A DNA stretch of 64,000 bases. Origin: Mobula birostris (Eukaryota). Shown here in pieces: positions 25,801 to 40,200 of the stretch (positions within the stretch are counted from its first letter, which is position 1; each line of letters starts with the position of its first letter). The DNA lies in contig NC_092379.1 of assembly GCF_030028105.1 (NCBI RefSeq), positions 26,839,821 to 26,903,820 of the forward strand, read 5' to 3'. A program made the position numbers and the translations under genes. The notes below the pieces were generated by a model. That model made no database searches, was not told where the DNA came from, and was given only the letters and a program-made list of their open reading frames with translations.

Positions 25801-27574
25801 ATATATTCACTGCTGTTCCTCCTACGAAATTGTATTCACCTGCTCGTCAAGGATAGATATGTTTATAGCCGAACTTTAAACTGCTCATTCTTCCCACTAC
25901 TAACCCCTCAATTAGGTCCGGTACGTTTTTCTCCAGTCTTCCTCTACCCAATATCGAATTACTTTATTGGGCTTATTGACGTCGCTTGAAAATGCTCTGT
26001 ATAGCACAACTCAAACAGAAACCTACCCACCAACTGAGATTATGCCAGCAGTAGTTCATTTATCGGGCAGAAATTTCAGGGCAGTCATTTTATATCCCAT
26101 TGTTTATACAACGAATGCATTTAATTGTATCAGGACTTATTTCATATTGCATTGGAAATAGCTCCTTCTATGAAATACATTATGAAATAGTTTATAACCT
26201 ATAATTTATACTGTGGTTTATTGATTCATTTTTCGAGAACATTGCAGGAGGTAAAGTTATAATGGCATTCCCTGCTGCTTATGTGGTAGCAGACTATGAG
26301 TGACTTGCTACGAAAGGGAATATTTATGTAGATGTTTACATAAGTCGCAGAATGCTATTGTACTGCTTGTCATTAAAACACATTTAACAATGCAGAGCCT
26401 CATAAGTTCGATTTGTTACTCAATAATGGTAATTTAGTCATGTGATTAGAGGCTATGATTGTCTAAGGATATTACCCAAAGACCAGATTTAACCCAACAG
26501 CCACTTTGTTCTTCCTGCGTAGAGATCAACGGAGAGGAAACCGAATCAGAGCTCAGTACGCATATCTTCGTGGACTTCCGTATATCTCATGAGTATATCT
26601 TGATGTTGAATTACTGCGTTATCCCCAGAGTCCTAGAATTACTCACCCGGCGCTCAGGAATGCTGAAAAAAAAAGTTGAGACCAACGTTGTTTCATTTCT
26701 CAGGGCTTCTGTATGGTGAGAGTCAATTGAGAGACGTTTAATATATCGACGATGATACAAGCATCTATTATCTTCAATACAAGCAGCTATTATCTTCAAT
26801 TGTTGATTTCTGCTCTTCGGGTTCTGCAGCGTCCCCACTTCGGAATTAGCAGTTACATTATGTCTGTTTTAGTGGACTAAGTTCACTTTTATTGTTGGTC
26901 GGAATTTTCAGGAAATGTTGGGTGGTTTTGAGCTGATGACTACAATCGTTTGTACTTGGCTAATGAGTGCTTCCGTCTTTTTTTATGCTATGAGGTTCGG
27001 AGCCCTGCGCCCATCGCGTTGTGAGAGGGTCTCCCTGTTATCTGTACGAAAACACATTTAACGATCGACGAGAGTTATTGGTGTGATTCTGCTTCTGCAA
27101 AGTGTAGGGGCTCAACTGTTATTTTTTTTTTTTTTTTTTTTTCTGCGATGGGCTCCTTTGGAAGTCCGGTAAAACCGATGCACACCTTCTTACAGTAATG
27201 TATTTACATATATATGTTAACATACATAGCCTTACAAAAATATAATTTATATTGGTAAACACTTTATATCTTAGACAGGAATGTTAAAGTAATATTTAGT
27301 CTTCATTATTAACATATTAAATAAATATAATATATATTTAAAATATTGACAAGTTAAACAAAAAAAATCTTAATATCGTATCAGTGTGAAGGGTGTTCTT
27401 CCTAAGCATGAATTAATACACTAAACTAAGTGATGTTATTTGACAAAGCAACACGCTATCAATGTTCAATACCTGATCGTTTTCAATTTATAATTTTTTT
27501 TGGTCATAAATGTTGAACTTGTGATTTCGGGGGTGTGTTGTTGAAAATGGCGGTGTTAAGGGGCAATACAATTC

Positions 27575-29361
27575 TACAACAGGTGAATTGATTATGGGGA
27601 GCAAGGACATGGCAGACCAATTGAATAATTACTTTGGTTCTGTCTTCACTAAGGAGGACATAAATAATCTTCCAGAAATAGTAGGGGACAGAGGGTCCAG
27701 TGAGATGGAGGAACTGAGCGAATTACATGTTAGTAGGTAAGTGGTGTTAGGTAAATTGAAGGGATTGAAGGCAGTGAAATCCCCAGGGCCAGATGGTCTG
27801 CATCCTAGAGTGCTTAAGGAAGTAGCCCACGAAATAGTGGATGCATTAGTGATAATTTTTCAAAACTCGTTAGATTCTGGACTAGTTCCTACGGATTGGA
27901 GAGTGGCTAATGTAACCCCACTTTTAAAAAAAAAAAAGGAGGGAGAGAGAAACCGGGGAATTATAGACCGGTTAGCTTAACGTCGGTGGTGGGGAAACTG
28001 CTGGAGTCAGTTATCAAAGACGTGATAACAGCACATTTGGAAAGCGGTCAAATCATTGGACAAAGTCAGCATGGATTTCTGATAGGAAATCATGTCTGAT
28101 GAATCTCATAGAATTTTTTGAGGATGTAACTAGTAGAGAGGATAAGGGAGAACCAGTGGATGTGGTATATTTGGATTTTCAAAAGGCTTTTGACAAGGTC
28201 CCACACTGGAGATTAGTGTGCAAACTTAAAGCACACGGTATTGGGGGTAAGGTATTGATGTGGATGGAGAATTGGTTAGCAGACAGGAAGCAAAGAGTGG
28301 GAATAAACGGGACCTTTTCAGAATGGCAGGCGGTGACTAGTGGGGTAGCGCAAGGCTCAGTGCTGGTACCCCAGTTGTTTACAATATATATTAATGACTT
28401 GGATGAGGGAATTAAATGCAGCATCTCCAAGTGTGCGGATGACACGAAGCTGGGTGGCAGTGTTAGCTGTGAGGAGGATGCTAAGAGGATGCAGAGTGAC
28501 TTGGATAGGTTGGGTGAGTGGGAAAATTCATGGCAGATGCAATTTAATGTGGATAAATGTGAAGTTATCCACTTTGGTGGCAAAAATAGGAAAACAGATT
28601 ATTATCCGAATGGTGGCCGATTAGGAAAAGGGGAGGTGCAACGAGACTTGGGTGTTATTATACACCAGTCATTGAAAGTGGGCATGCAGGTACAGCAGGC
28701 GGTGAAAAAGGCGAATAGTATGCTGGCATTTATAGCGAGAGGATTCGAGTACAGGAACAGGGAAGTACTACTGCAGTTGTACAAGGTCTTGCTGAGACCA
28801 CACCTGGAGTATTGTGTGCAGTTTTGGTCCCCTAATCTGAGGAAAAACATCCTTGCCATAGAGGGAGTACAAAGAAGGTTCACCAGATTGATTCCTGGGA
28901 TGGCAGGACTTTCATATGAAGAAAGACTGGATGAACTGGGCTTGTACTCGTTGGAATTTAGAAGATTGAGGGGGGAATCTGATTGAAACGTATAAAATCC
29001 TAAAGGGATTGGACAGGCTAGATGCAGGAAGATTGTTCCCGATGTTGGGGAAGTCCAGAACAAGGGGTCACAGTTTGAGGATAAAGGGGAAGCCTTTTAG
29101 GACCGAGATTAGGAAAAACTTCTTCACACAGAGAGTGGTGAATCTGTGGATTTCTCTGCCACAGGAAACAGTTGAGGCCAGTTCATTGGCTATATTTAAG
29201 AGGGAGTTGGGTATGGCCCTTGTGGTTACGGGGATCAGGTGTATGGAGGGAAGGCTGGGGCCAGGGTTCTGAGTTGGATGATCAGCCACGATCATAATAA
29301 ATGGCGGTGCAGGCTCGAAGGGACGAATGGCCTACGCCTGCACCTATTTTCTATGTTTCTA
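27575..29361 (+). mobile_element. CR1 LINE, 5'-truncated, near-intact RT
   Basis: 295-aa ORF 28099-28986 with YLDFQKAFDKVPH, QGSVLVPQLFTIYINDLD and SKCADDTKLG; 3' tail CCTATTTTCTATGTTTCTA. Confidence 0.95.
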
Positions 29362-29879
29362 CAAGGTATTTTCAGATAAGCTCTAAGAATCTTAAGTGTT
29401 GTTGTCCTAATGCATATTTAGATATTCAACATCTTCGAAAAAGTTTTCATCATATAGTAAAGGACTGCAGATCCATGTTCAACTGTAAAGGTAACAAGAC
29501 AGAAATTGTTTATCAACAGCATCCGTTAGGTTGACTTCAGGGCCTTGGTTATTAGCTTCTGCGAGTTAAGATCACCCATTACTAAATTCCATAATTTCAA
29601 GTTGTTTCATGAGTGATTTTTATTTATTTTTCCTTTCAAGTAATAAAGTGAATCTTCTGTCCTTATTTCTAACAAGGCTTTATGACGTTATATTGCAAGC
29701 CAGATAACGGTTGTGTAGTTGAGAAACACATCATATTCTGCGCCCTTTTTTATTTTTGTATTTCATTCCAGTCTGTCTTGTTTGTCTAGAAACCTCTTAG
29801 AATTTCCAATATTTGAGGGTTTTCTTGTTTCCGGAATACACTCACATAATAAAAATTCTTCTCTGGTAACATCAACCTG

Positions 29880-29967
29880 AGCATATCGAAATGAAAAGGA
29901 TCTGACTACACAGAGCAACACACAACAAAATGCTGGAGGAACTCGCCAAGCCATACAGGTTTTTTGG

Positions 29968-30005
<38 letters not shown>

Positions 30006-30070
30006 TAGTCGACGTTTCACTTCTAAACCCTTCGTCAGGAGAAACAAAGCAGACAAAGAGATTTAAATGC
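29880..30070 (-). mobile_element. Penelope-like element 3' end containing a 33-nt A run
   Basis: ACACACAACAAAATGCTGGAGGAACTC, then A33 at 29970-30002, then GTATAGTCGACGTTTC...CCCTTCGTCAGGA. Confidence 0.8.
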
Positions 30071-30119
30071 TGCGGTACGCGAGTGAGAATGACCAAGTGA
30101 CATTAAAACATGGCGGTGT

Positions 30120-30660
30120 TTCCATTCCGACGTCCATTCCTGGCGTCATGAAATGTGGCGTTGAGTCCACACCAAGGTTGGAGGAAAATTCGTTACATTC
30201 TGTTTGAGTAACCTCCAATCTGCTGGGAAGGTAATCGTTTTCTCAAAGTTCCGTAATGCATCTACTGCATTTCCTATCCTCTTTTCCCTCTCACCTTATC
30301 TCCTTGACCGCTCATAACTTCCCTCTGTTGTTATCAACCACCCCGCCCCCACATTTCTTTCCTCCATGGCCTTCTGCCTCTTTCATCAATGAACTGCCAG
30401 GACATTACTGCATTCGACCCCATCCAGGGTTCACACATCACCTAGTGTTTCTCTCTGCCCTCTGCACCCGCAACCCTTTTCAATCTTATCCTAAGTTTTC
30501 TGCTTTTTTTTTATATATATAAAAACTTTTGTCCGACCGATATGCTTCACATTGAGACGTCAACTGTACTTCTTTTCTTTTTCTAATCGCTGCTGCGTGA
30601 CCTGCGGGATCTCTACAGCATTCCGTGTGTTGCTCGGATTTCCAGCATCTGCAGAGTTTC
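30120..30660 (+). mobile_element. Penelope-like element GIY-YIG end plus 3' end, degenerate
   Basis: CCACACCAAGGTTGGAGGAA...GTAACCTCCAATCTG is homologous to the GIY-YIG end at 12960-13100; terminus GATTTCCAGCATCTGCAGA. Confidence 0.7.
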
Positions 30661-30669
30661 TTTCTGTAA

Positions 30670-31180
30670 GCTGACAACACTGAAAAATATCTGTAGTTAC
30701 ATCCAATTGCATAGGTAACGGAAATTACGAGCTGCCAATTTCTGAATGACACTCCTGAAATGCGTTCAGACAAATCAGCTATTCATTAAAGTATCACATT
30801 ATTTGCTTAGGAAAGTGTTTTCCAGTTTCTTGTTCGTTTGTTTTTCCCTGTTCCAGTTCACGCAACACGACTACTTCCACTGCAGATGGCTTTGCTGAAT
30901 TCTCTCCACTGGGATCGGAGTTATTTCCTTCGGTAATCTGGTAAGTAGGCTTGAAAGGTTGATCAGTGAAAAGGGTTTTGTGAAATGGAAAATCCAAGTT
31001 TTGAAAATGTTGCAATTTTTTCGAATATACCCTGAATCGCGAAAATAAAGCGGACCCGTAGATGTATTTTCAGCATGGACAGACGTGAGATGCTCTTTTA
31101 GATTTGCTGTCTCCATTGTTGCATTCCAAATAATTGTTCTGCATAAAAAAAAGTGTCATTAGTCATCCGGAACGTCCTAT
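30670..31180 (-). mobile_element. hAT (Buster/Charlie, ZBED8-like) transposase relic
   Basis: Minus-strand fragments ANLKEHLTSVH, NNVI...IADLSERIS and PMQLDVTTDIFQCCQL (compare QLDETTD.SQCSQL). Confidence 0.7.
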
Positions 31181-31245
31181 AATGGAAGTGAGGCTATTTA
31201 TGCCAGAGTTGTCATTACAATACCTTTAGATCGATATTTCACCTT

Positions 31246-34200
31246 TGTGAGCGGATCCAGGAGACTCCTATTAACTGTTTGGAGAGAAACATTTATCATT
31301 GTTGGTTTGTTTGGAAAGGAGATACACAGTATTTACCACCGATATGCTGCTTTTGAAGAGATTGAGAACGAAGATCAACGGTTGGACTGTCACTTGAAGG
31401 CATTGGAAGTAACTTTGGATTTCTACTGAGTTTAGAGTTGAAGACAGCACCGAGCAGCTCGAAAGTTGCTATGGTGACCGAAGGCCGTGTTATTTAATGG
31501 ACACCCGATGTTATGATTTTCAGCAAATTATTGATTAACTTTCAAGGACAGCTTGCCTGCTTGTGCATTTCTTTGCAGACAAAGGAAGGAGGGACTCATT
31601 GAGTGACAGGGGATGCTCAGCCTGGTGAAATAGATAGGGAGTCAGATGATACAGACGACAGGACACATGATCCGGACACTGAATGACCATTGTTGTCCCC
31701 GCAGAGAAAATGGGTTTTTGGAAGATCGATCAGGCGGATCGATCCAAAATTGCTACTCCAATGGTAAAGATGGGGTTGTCTGGTGGAGAGTTGCACATGA
31801 GTCCACCCTTGCCTGGATGCTAGCTCCACCACAAGAAAACCGGTCCCCCTGTTTAAAGTCACAGTCGGAGACTTGTAAAGGATTTCGGAGGACGACGAGA
31901 AGATCGACAGCATCAGCTCACCTGAGGACGCAACTCACTCCCTCTCTCTCTCTCCTAAATACCACGAACTGAACGGAACTGAATTTTAATCAACATCGTA
32001 AGAATGTATCCTTTTACCCCTAGAATTAAAGCAGCTTGGTTTTCATACATATATATTCCACACTTACTTTTATATATAATCATTGCTAATTTCTTTGATT
32101 TATCTACATTTATATTGCTGTATTGCGTAGTTACTAATAAATATTGGTAGTCTACAGCAATACTGGACTCCAAAGTGGTTTCTATTTCTGCTGGTTTCCT
32201 ATTCCCATCACGGGGTACGTGGCAAAATTGGGGCCTGAGTCCGCGATATGACCAAATTGTTCGGGAGGCTGGTTTTAATTGATTTGGGGAAAATCTGTTT
32301 TGATTTGATTGTGGGGAAAAACGGCAGAAATGGATGTTAGATACTTCCTGAAATCCCCAGACCAGGTGACTTTAAAGTTTGCTAAAAAGTATGAGTTGTG
32401 GAACATTGCTAAAGGATTGAGAATTGAGGAAAAGAAGGGTGTCAGTAAGGTAGAAATTGAAAGAAAAATTGTTGAATATTATATAGATAAGGGCACATTT
32501 CATAAGGATGCGTTAGAGTTGTTTGTGGAAGGTAAACTTACTGAGCATGAGCTTCACCTTCTGTTGGAAATAGTAAACAGGGAGCTGTTGCAAGGACGTG
32601 GCTGGGGATGAACCCACGTGCAGGACACAGATTCCGAGGCAGAGTCGTTAGGTGTAGCACCTCCGCGAACGGAGAGCCGATATCCAGGAGATGCTGCGAA
32701 GCGTAGAACTAACTCAGGAATAGGAAACAAGGTTTACTCTCACCAGAGCCGACCAACGAACTGGTGGCTTCTTGCTGTGGTCCCAGGGTTTTTATCCTAC
32801 CGTTTGATTGGAAGCAGGTGCGTGCAGTTAGTGGTATTTGGGAATGATTGGAATCTAAATGAGGTGATCGAGGCCCAAATCTTAAGGCAAATGGCAAAGT
32901 GGGAGATTGCCAGACGGGACCATAACAGTACCGCCCCCCTCAATGGGAGCCTCCAGCCGATCCTCCCGGCCTGTCCGTATCGTCCCGATGAAAATCCTGG
33001 ATGAGGGTACGGTCTAGGATGAAGCACCGTGGGACCCAGAACGCTCTTCTGGGCCGTATTCTTCCCAGTCCACTAGATATTGGAGACCCTTGCCCCGACG
33101 GCGCACACCGAGTAGTCGTCGGATGGAGTATGCCGGATTATTGTCGATGATAGGAGCAGGTGGGGGAGTCTCAGCAGGGGAACACAACGGGCTGATGGAA
33201 ACTGGCTTTAACTGAGACACATGAAAGGTTGGGTGGATGCGCATGGATCTAGGCAGCTTTAGGCGGACCACTGTGGGATTGATTACCATTTCAACCTTGA
33301 ATGGTCCCAGGAAGCGAGGGGCGAGTTTTCTGTGTTAGTTCTTGAGTGGGATGTCCTTGGAGACCAGCAACACCATCTTCCCAGGGTGGTACTCCGGCGC
33401 CGGGATGCGATCTCGGTCGGCTGTCTTTTTATTTCGATTTGTTGATTTGAGTAGGACCGTGCGCGTCTATTCCCAAATCTTAAGGCACCAATTAAAATGG
33501 TTCTGAACTGGCGGTACAACAATCTCTTCTTTTTGCGGGGGAAACAGCGGGGGTTGGTACCCAAGGGAGCATTCGAACGGAAACCTCCCAATGGCAGAAG
33601 CTCACCAGTGATGTGTGGGCGTACTCAACCCACAGAAGATGGTTGCTCGAGGTCGATGGTTTGTTTGCCGTTACGCAACGAAGCGTCGCCTCCAGGTCTT
33701 GGTTTACCCGTTCCGTCTACCCGTTCGTCTGGGGGTGGAAGCCGGATGACAGGCTGACCGATGCGCCCAAGTCTTGGCAGAAACCTTTCCATACCTGCAA
33801 GACAAACTGGGGACCTCAATCGGAGACGACGTCCGCGAGGATTCCGTGGAGGCGGAAGACGTGGCGGACGAGAGGATCTGCGGTTTCCTGAGATGGAGGT
33901 TTAGGGAAGGCCACAAAGTGCAACGCCGCGGGAAGGGGGTAGACCGGTGACGAAGTCTAAGTCGATGTGCGACCAGGGGCGACTAGTGACAGGTAGAGGA
34001 CGACGAAGTAGCCCCGCAGGTGGTCGATGAGAGACTTTCTCCCGGGCACAGATGGAACAAGCTGAGACATAAGAAAGGGTGTCCATGGACCACCACAAAA
34101 AGTGCTTCCTCAGGAAAGCCAGGATCCGATCACTCCCGGGGTGGCAGGCGAACCGGGATGTGTGCTCCCATTGGAGAACGTGGGACCTGACGGAGGAGGG

Positions 34201-37200
34201 CACATACAGGCGATCGGCGGGTCCATTGCCCGGATCGGGGTCGTCCGGCTGGGTTTCCTTTACTTTAGCCTGGATCACCCAAGTGAGGGTAGCAACCACG
34301 CAGGAATGTGGGAGGATAGTCTCAGGACTGGAGGTGTCATCCTTGGAGCAACCCAGGCCGGAATTCCTCGAGAACTGTTGACTAACCCTGGGAAGACCCG
34401 GCACTGTACACAAGACTTCTGGCCCGAATCACTTACTGTACAGCACCACTGTCTTTGATTCTCTCGTGGAACCATCGGGAACAGATGCAATTTAACTTGA
34501 TCTCCTCCCCTCAAGTCCCAATATTTCTTCGGTATCCATTGTTGAGCCGCCATAACCCTTGCATTGATTGGTCCACCGAGCGGATAGCCAGCTGGAGTCC
34601 GTTGCCAAGCCATCTGTCTGCAGTCGGCCTTTTCCCCTGCGAAATCCACCTCGACCTCACATGCAGTTGAACCCCCTGACTTGTCCAGGGTTCCGGCGGG
34701 GTACCACGACCTGGGACACGTGTTTAGTGAACAACGCGCCCTTTCCCTGCCTCCACACCGACCCTAGGAATTTGCCGTCGACCTTCTCCCCAGAGCTCCT
34801 CTGACCACCAGTCGGCTGAATAACTTGTCCCGGCCAGAGAGGGAAGCAATGGAGGGTTATATAAGTGATTCTCTCCCGGCGGCGTCATCCGACACTCATC
34901 CTCCCCGGTGAGAGCAGGTTTCTTCTTCGTGGGGAAGGATGGTTCCCTACGTCCCTGCATCGACTACCGAGGCCCAAATCATATAACCATAAAGAATACG
35001 GACCCACTGCCTCTGATAAGTTACCACTACCATCTTCTCGAAGTTGGCGCCAGGAAACGCCGACCACCTGATCCGAATAAAGGAGGGGGGACGAGTGGAA
35101 ATCGGTATTCAGTACTCCTTTAGGCCACTTCGAATACTGAGTTATGCCTTTTGGCCTCACCAATGCCCCTGCAGTTTTTCAAGGCTTGATTAACAATGTA
35201 CTACGAGATTGTATTAACCGCTTTGTGTTTGTCTATCTGGATGACATCCTAATCTTTTCCAGCAGTCCCCTGTAACACGTTCTCCATGTTCGTCAAGTCC
35301 TGCAGAGACTGCGGGATAATAAGTTATTCGTGGAGGCGGAGAAGTGCGAATTTCACGTCCCCTCGGTCAGCTTCCTAGGTTATATCATCGAGAGCGGACA
35401 GGTGAGAGGTGATCCCGAGAAGATCCGGGCTGTGAAGGAGTGGCTATATCTTCATGCAACAGATTCCCCTCAGCACCGGAGTCTATCAAGGCAGACAAGG
35501 ACAGGGACTGTTGGTTGTAGCTTACAGTGGTTTGGTCTTGCATCCGGGAAGGTGTGACAGTAGGGAATGTGGTCTGACTCACCAGGGTCTCCCTTTCTAC
35601 TGGTGAGCCCTCCCCTTTGGCCGAAGGGAACAGGTGTCACGAAAATGGCCAGACTGACCGTAAAAGAAACAATCCCCTGCTCTTAATCTCCGGAGCTGCT
35701 TGGAGGGTGGAAGACGGCTACGTCCCAGCTGCACTGGTTCCTCTCCCGGGGTGGTGGAAACGGCCGGGCCGGATGCTATTCTAGGAGTGGGAAGAGGAGA
35801 GGGGCTAGGAATTGGAAAAGATGGTAAATCATGACGTGGGGTCACCAAAAGACGACCGGTTCTCTCCCTCTGTCGTTCTCGGAGTCGGTTGTCCATCCTG
35901 GTAGCTAGGGATATCAATGAATCCAGACTGTTAGTGTCATCCCTAGCCGCCAACTCACCCTTTACCATGTCAGAGAGGCCCTGCCGGAATACCTCCTGGA
36001 GTGCCTCATCATTCCAGCACGAGTCGGCCGCTAGCGTCCGGAACTCCACGCAGTATTCAGCAACACTACGTGAGCCTTGATGGAGGGTGAGTAGCCGCTT
36101 AGCGGCTTCTTTACTGCAGACGGGATGGTCAAAAATCTTCCTTATTTCTGAGATGAAGGTGGGGAAGGAAGAGCAGGTCTCTGGCTGATTATCCCAAATT
36201 GTGGTGCCCCACGTTAAGGCATTTCCTCGTAATAACCCCATAATGTAAGTTATTTTAGATCTGTCCGTGGATGCCTGCTCCTCGAACACCAGGGAACATT
36301 GTAGTAGAAAAGCCCGGCACGTCCCCAGATCTCTGGCGTAGGATTCTGGTTCGGGGACGCGCGGCTCTCTAAGCTGTTGTGTTGTTGACGCCTCGGGCGT
36401 CGCCACCACAGACTGTCTGGGCTGGTCATACGGAATTCCAGGAGTCGACGGGGTAAGATGGGTGGGTACTTGGAAGACCTGGTCACTGACCTTTCTTACG
36501 TCTACTGACAGGCAACGGAGGTATTCCATGACTTCCTAGAGCAGCTGATCCTGAAAGCCCAATAGGGAGCCTTGGCTGACGAGGGCTTGTTGAAGAGGAT
36601 TCGTGTCCGCTGGGTTCATGTTGGATAGTTCATTCTGTAGCAAGGACGTGACTGGGGACGAACCAAAGTGCAGGAAAGCTGATATCCAGGAGACGATACG
36701 AAGCTTAGAACTAATAGTTCTCAGGAATAGGAAACAAGGTTTACTCTCACCAGAGTCGACCAACGAAATGGTGGCTTCTTGCTGTGGTCGCAGGGTTTTT
36801 ATCCTGCCGTATGATGGGAAGCAGGTGCGTGTAGTTGGTGGTACTTGGGAATAATTGGAATCTAAATGAGGTGATCGAGGCCCAAGTCTTGAGGCAAATG
36901 GCAAGGTGGGGGATTGCCAGACTGGACCATGAATGAAAATTAAAACAGCTGAAGAGAGAGGCTGATGCTGCAGAAAAGAAGTGGGTCCGTGAGGCTAGGA
37001 AGGGTGAAAAACAGAGAGAAGAGGCAACAAAATGGAAAGCAGAGGCAGCAAGACAGAGGGAAGAAGCAGAAAGACCGAGGCAGCTCGAAAGGGAGACATG
37101 GCAACGGGAGGAACACGTGCAAGAAAGGCAGAGACAGTTTAAAAGGGAGAGGTTGCAACAAAGAGGATTAGTGTCCGTACCTGATGATTTGTATAGTTTG

Positions 37201-40200
37201 GAAGGTCTAGTTTTGCGTGATGAATTTAAAAGTTGTGTTTCTGATAAGGTAAGGGCATACCCAGTGGCAGAGGATTACCCTCCCCTGAAGTGGTTTGATA
37301 AGAAAGCAGATGAAGAAGTTTTAACCCACGAGGTTGAGTTAACAAAAGATGAGAGTTTGCCAGAGAGTAGCTGGGAGGTTCGAGATGACCTTGAATTTGA
37401 AATTGGGACTAGTGATGACAACCTAGAAGAGGCAGTTGTGCCGATTGAATATGTTCAGGTTGTTGAAGTACCTGTGAGTTCACAGGATTCTGAACCTAAT
37501 GTTGACGCTCAGTTGAAGTCTGAGGTGCCTGGTTGAAAGGAAAGCAGCTTTCTGAGTCAGATGATCTTGGTTCAGTGACTTAGGGGTTAACCTTGGTACC
37601 AGTGGAATGTGAGGATTCTCAGTCATTTGTTTTAGTCCGTATTTTAAAAGTTGGTCATGAAGTGTAAGCTGATGAGGTCAATGTTGCTGGAAGTAATGGG
37701 AAAAGTGCTGTTCCTGGACTTTCGGATAAAGTCCTGGAAAACATTGGATCGGTTGCGCGGCCTTTGACTCTGCTTGCAGGACAAAGGCCTGCTGAGATAG
37801 GATGCGCTAGTTTGTTGAATTTTGTTTGGACATTTGGAAGTAAGCACCTGCAAGGTCATGCTTTTATTCAGGGTGATATTATCGAGAGGAGGAAGAGTTG
37901 CTGTGGTTTTGGAGTTGAAGTTGCCATGGATGTAAGTCGAAGCATAGGTTGCAATGATATTGGCAGTTTATTTGGTCTCTTTCATAATGTATACGTAATT
38001 CTGATCAGCTTGACGATGGCAGTGAGTTTAATAAACAATGGAGGCATGTTGTTAGCTCTCCAAGATAAGAATGTTTCAGCAATTCAGATAATAAGCAAAG
38101 CTTCTACAGAGGCCTATAGCAAGACCAAATGTTTAAATTATGTTGTGTCAGAGACTTTTCCACCTTCCAGATTTCAGCAGGACTTTGAGAGTAGTACAAC
38201 TGATAAGGGTACGGTGTATAAGAAAAGTTTCTCTTTGTTGAGAAAAGAATGTATCGAGGAACAGAAGCGAGATTATGGAATGGTGGCTTTAAGAGATTTC
38301 GCTGTCACAGGAAAGGAGGTTCAGAAAGAGTCAGTGGGATGTTACTTTAAAGGTGGAATGTTGATGAGGAAGTGGAGACCAGCCACAGATCCCGCAAGTC
38401 ACGTGGTGTTTTTGAATGGTTTCAAGGCTGAAATTTTAAACATGTCTTACAGTATGCTTTTAGGTGGATAACATTGTGTGAGAAATGGGAACGAGGGGGT
38501 TCCCCTCCTTTCATTTATTGTTGGAGATTCGATTCAGAAGGCAGTGAACGGTAATTTGTTGGAAGCTGTGTTCAGTTACAGGCTAAAAGGACCTTTGACT
38601 CTGCTCAGAGAATATTGGAAGCAATGTAGTAGGCTGTGTGACTTTGTTAAGAAAAGTTTACAAAATGGTCAAGTCAAAATAAGACACTTGTTTACTGAAA
38701 TTGCAGCTGGTAGAATTGTTGAAGTACAAAATGGAGTCGTGAAATCTGATAATGGAATGGAAAAACCTGTTTGCCCACTGAATCTAGACGCACCAAGATG
38801 TCAGAATTTCATTGTTTTGGAAAATATTACTGATAAGTTCAACCAGTTGGACCCAAAGCCGAAAAAACAAGTAAAAGGACTAATTGGTGTTTTGAAATAG
38901 TGCACAGGTGCGGTGCATCACGTCATTATTAATTCAGTCCAGCCGATGAAATGGTATCTTCACAGAGTGATCTTTGAGAAAAGTAAAATGGGTGAAGAAG
39001 GAATTAGAAACAAGAAGGAACAAAGAAAGAGAATGGATGACTGTATTGATAAAGTGGGGAAGGCTAAATACGTTATTAAGATTGACTTGTTAAAAGGATA
39101 CGGGGTGTTCCTTTATCAGAGAGGGTTAAGGAGATATCAACATTGTTGACACCGTCTAGACTGTATGAATACAATGTTTTACACGTTGGGATGAAGAATA
39201 CACTAGAAACATTTCGAAGAATAATCAGTTCTGTGATTGGAGGGTTTGCAAGCACAGGAGATCATATCAATGGTTTAGTGGTCTGGAATGGCACGTGGGA
39301 AGTGCATATTGCAGTTGTAGAAAAACGGTTTGACAGACTTTCCAAGGCCAATCTTACGGTGAAATTTGCTAAAAGTGAGTTTGGCCATGCCACAGTCACA
39401 TATCTGGGTTATGTGGTGGACCAGGGCCAGCTGGCTTCTATACAGGCCAGGTTCAAGCGATTGCTGAAGTTCCTGTTCCAACTAGCAAGAGAGCTTTGAG
39501 AAGGTTTTTAGAGATGGTTGGTTATTATAGAAAATTCTGTAAGAACTTTGCTGACATCGCTCTCCACTTAACAAAGCTCCCAGGGAAGAGTGAAAAGTTT
39601 GCATGGAATGACCTTTTCCAAGAGGCATTTGAACGTCTGGAAACCATCCCGTGTTATCATCCTGTGCTCAAAGCACCTCACTTTTCAAAGCCATTCTCTA
39701 CCATAACAGATGTTAGTGACGAAGCTGTTGGGATAGTACTGTTACAGAAGGGAGTGGATGACATTGAATATCCGGTAGCTTATTTCTCAAAGAATATTAA
39801 CGTACACCAGAAAAAAAAAAATATTCAACTGTTGAAAAAGAATTACTAGCACTTATTCTGGTTTTATAACATTTTGAGGCCTATGATCAGAGACTTCAAA
39901 ACTTTCTGTCGCTCAGAGAACACTGTGGCCTACATGGGTTATAATCCGTTGATGTTTTTAATTAAGATGAAGGATGAGAACAGAAAGTTGTTAAATTGGA
40001 GTACGATATTGCAGGGAGGTGACTTAAAAATGAAACATGTAAAAGATACTGACAATGTTATAGCTGATTAGTTATCCAGATGTTAAGTTCAAAACTGTAA
40101 CCATTTTTGCTTTCTCATCTGATGTTTTTTTTTTTCTTTCCCCTGTATTGTTTAAAACCCTGTGATGGACATTTATAAAAAAAAAAAAAAAGTCTTCAAC

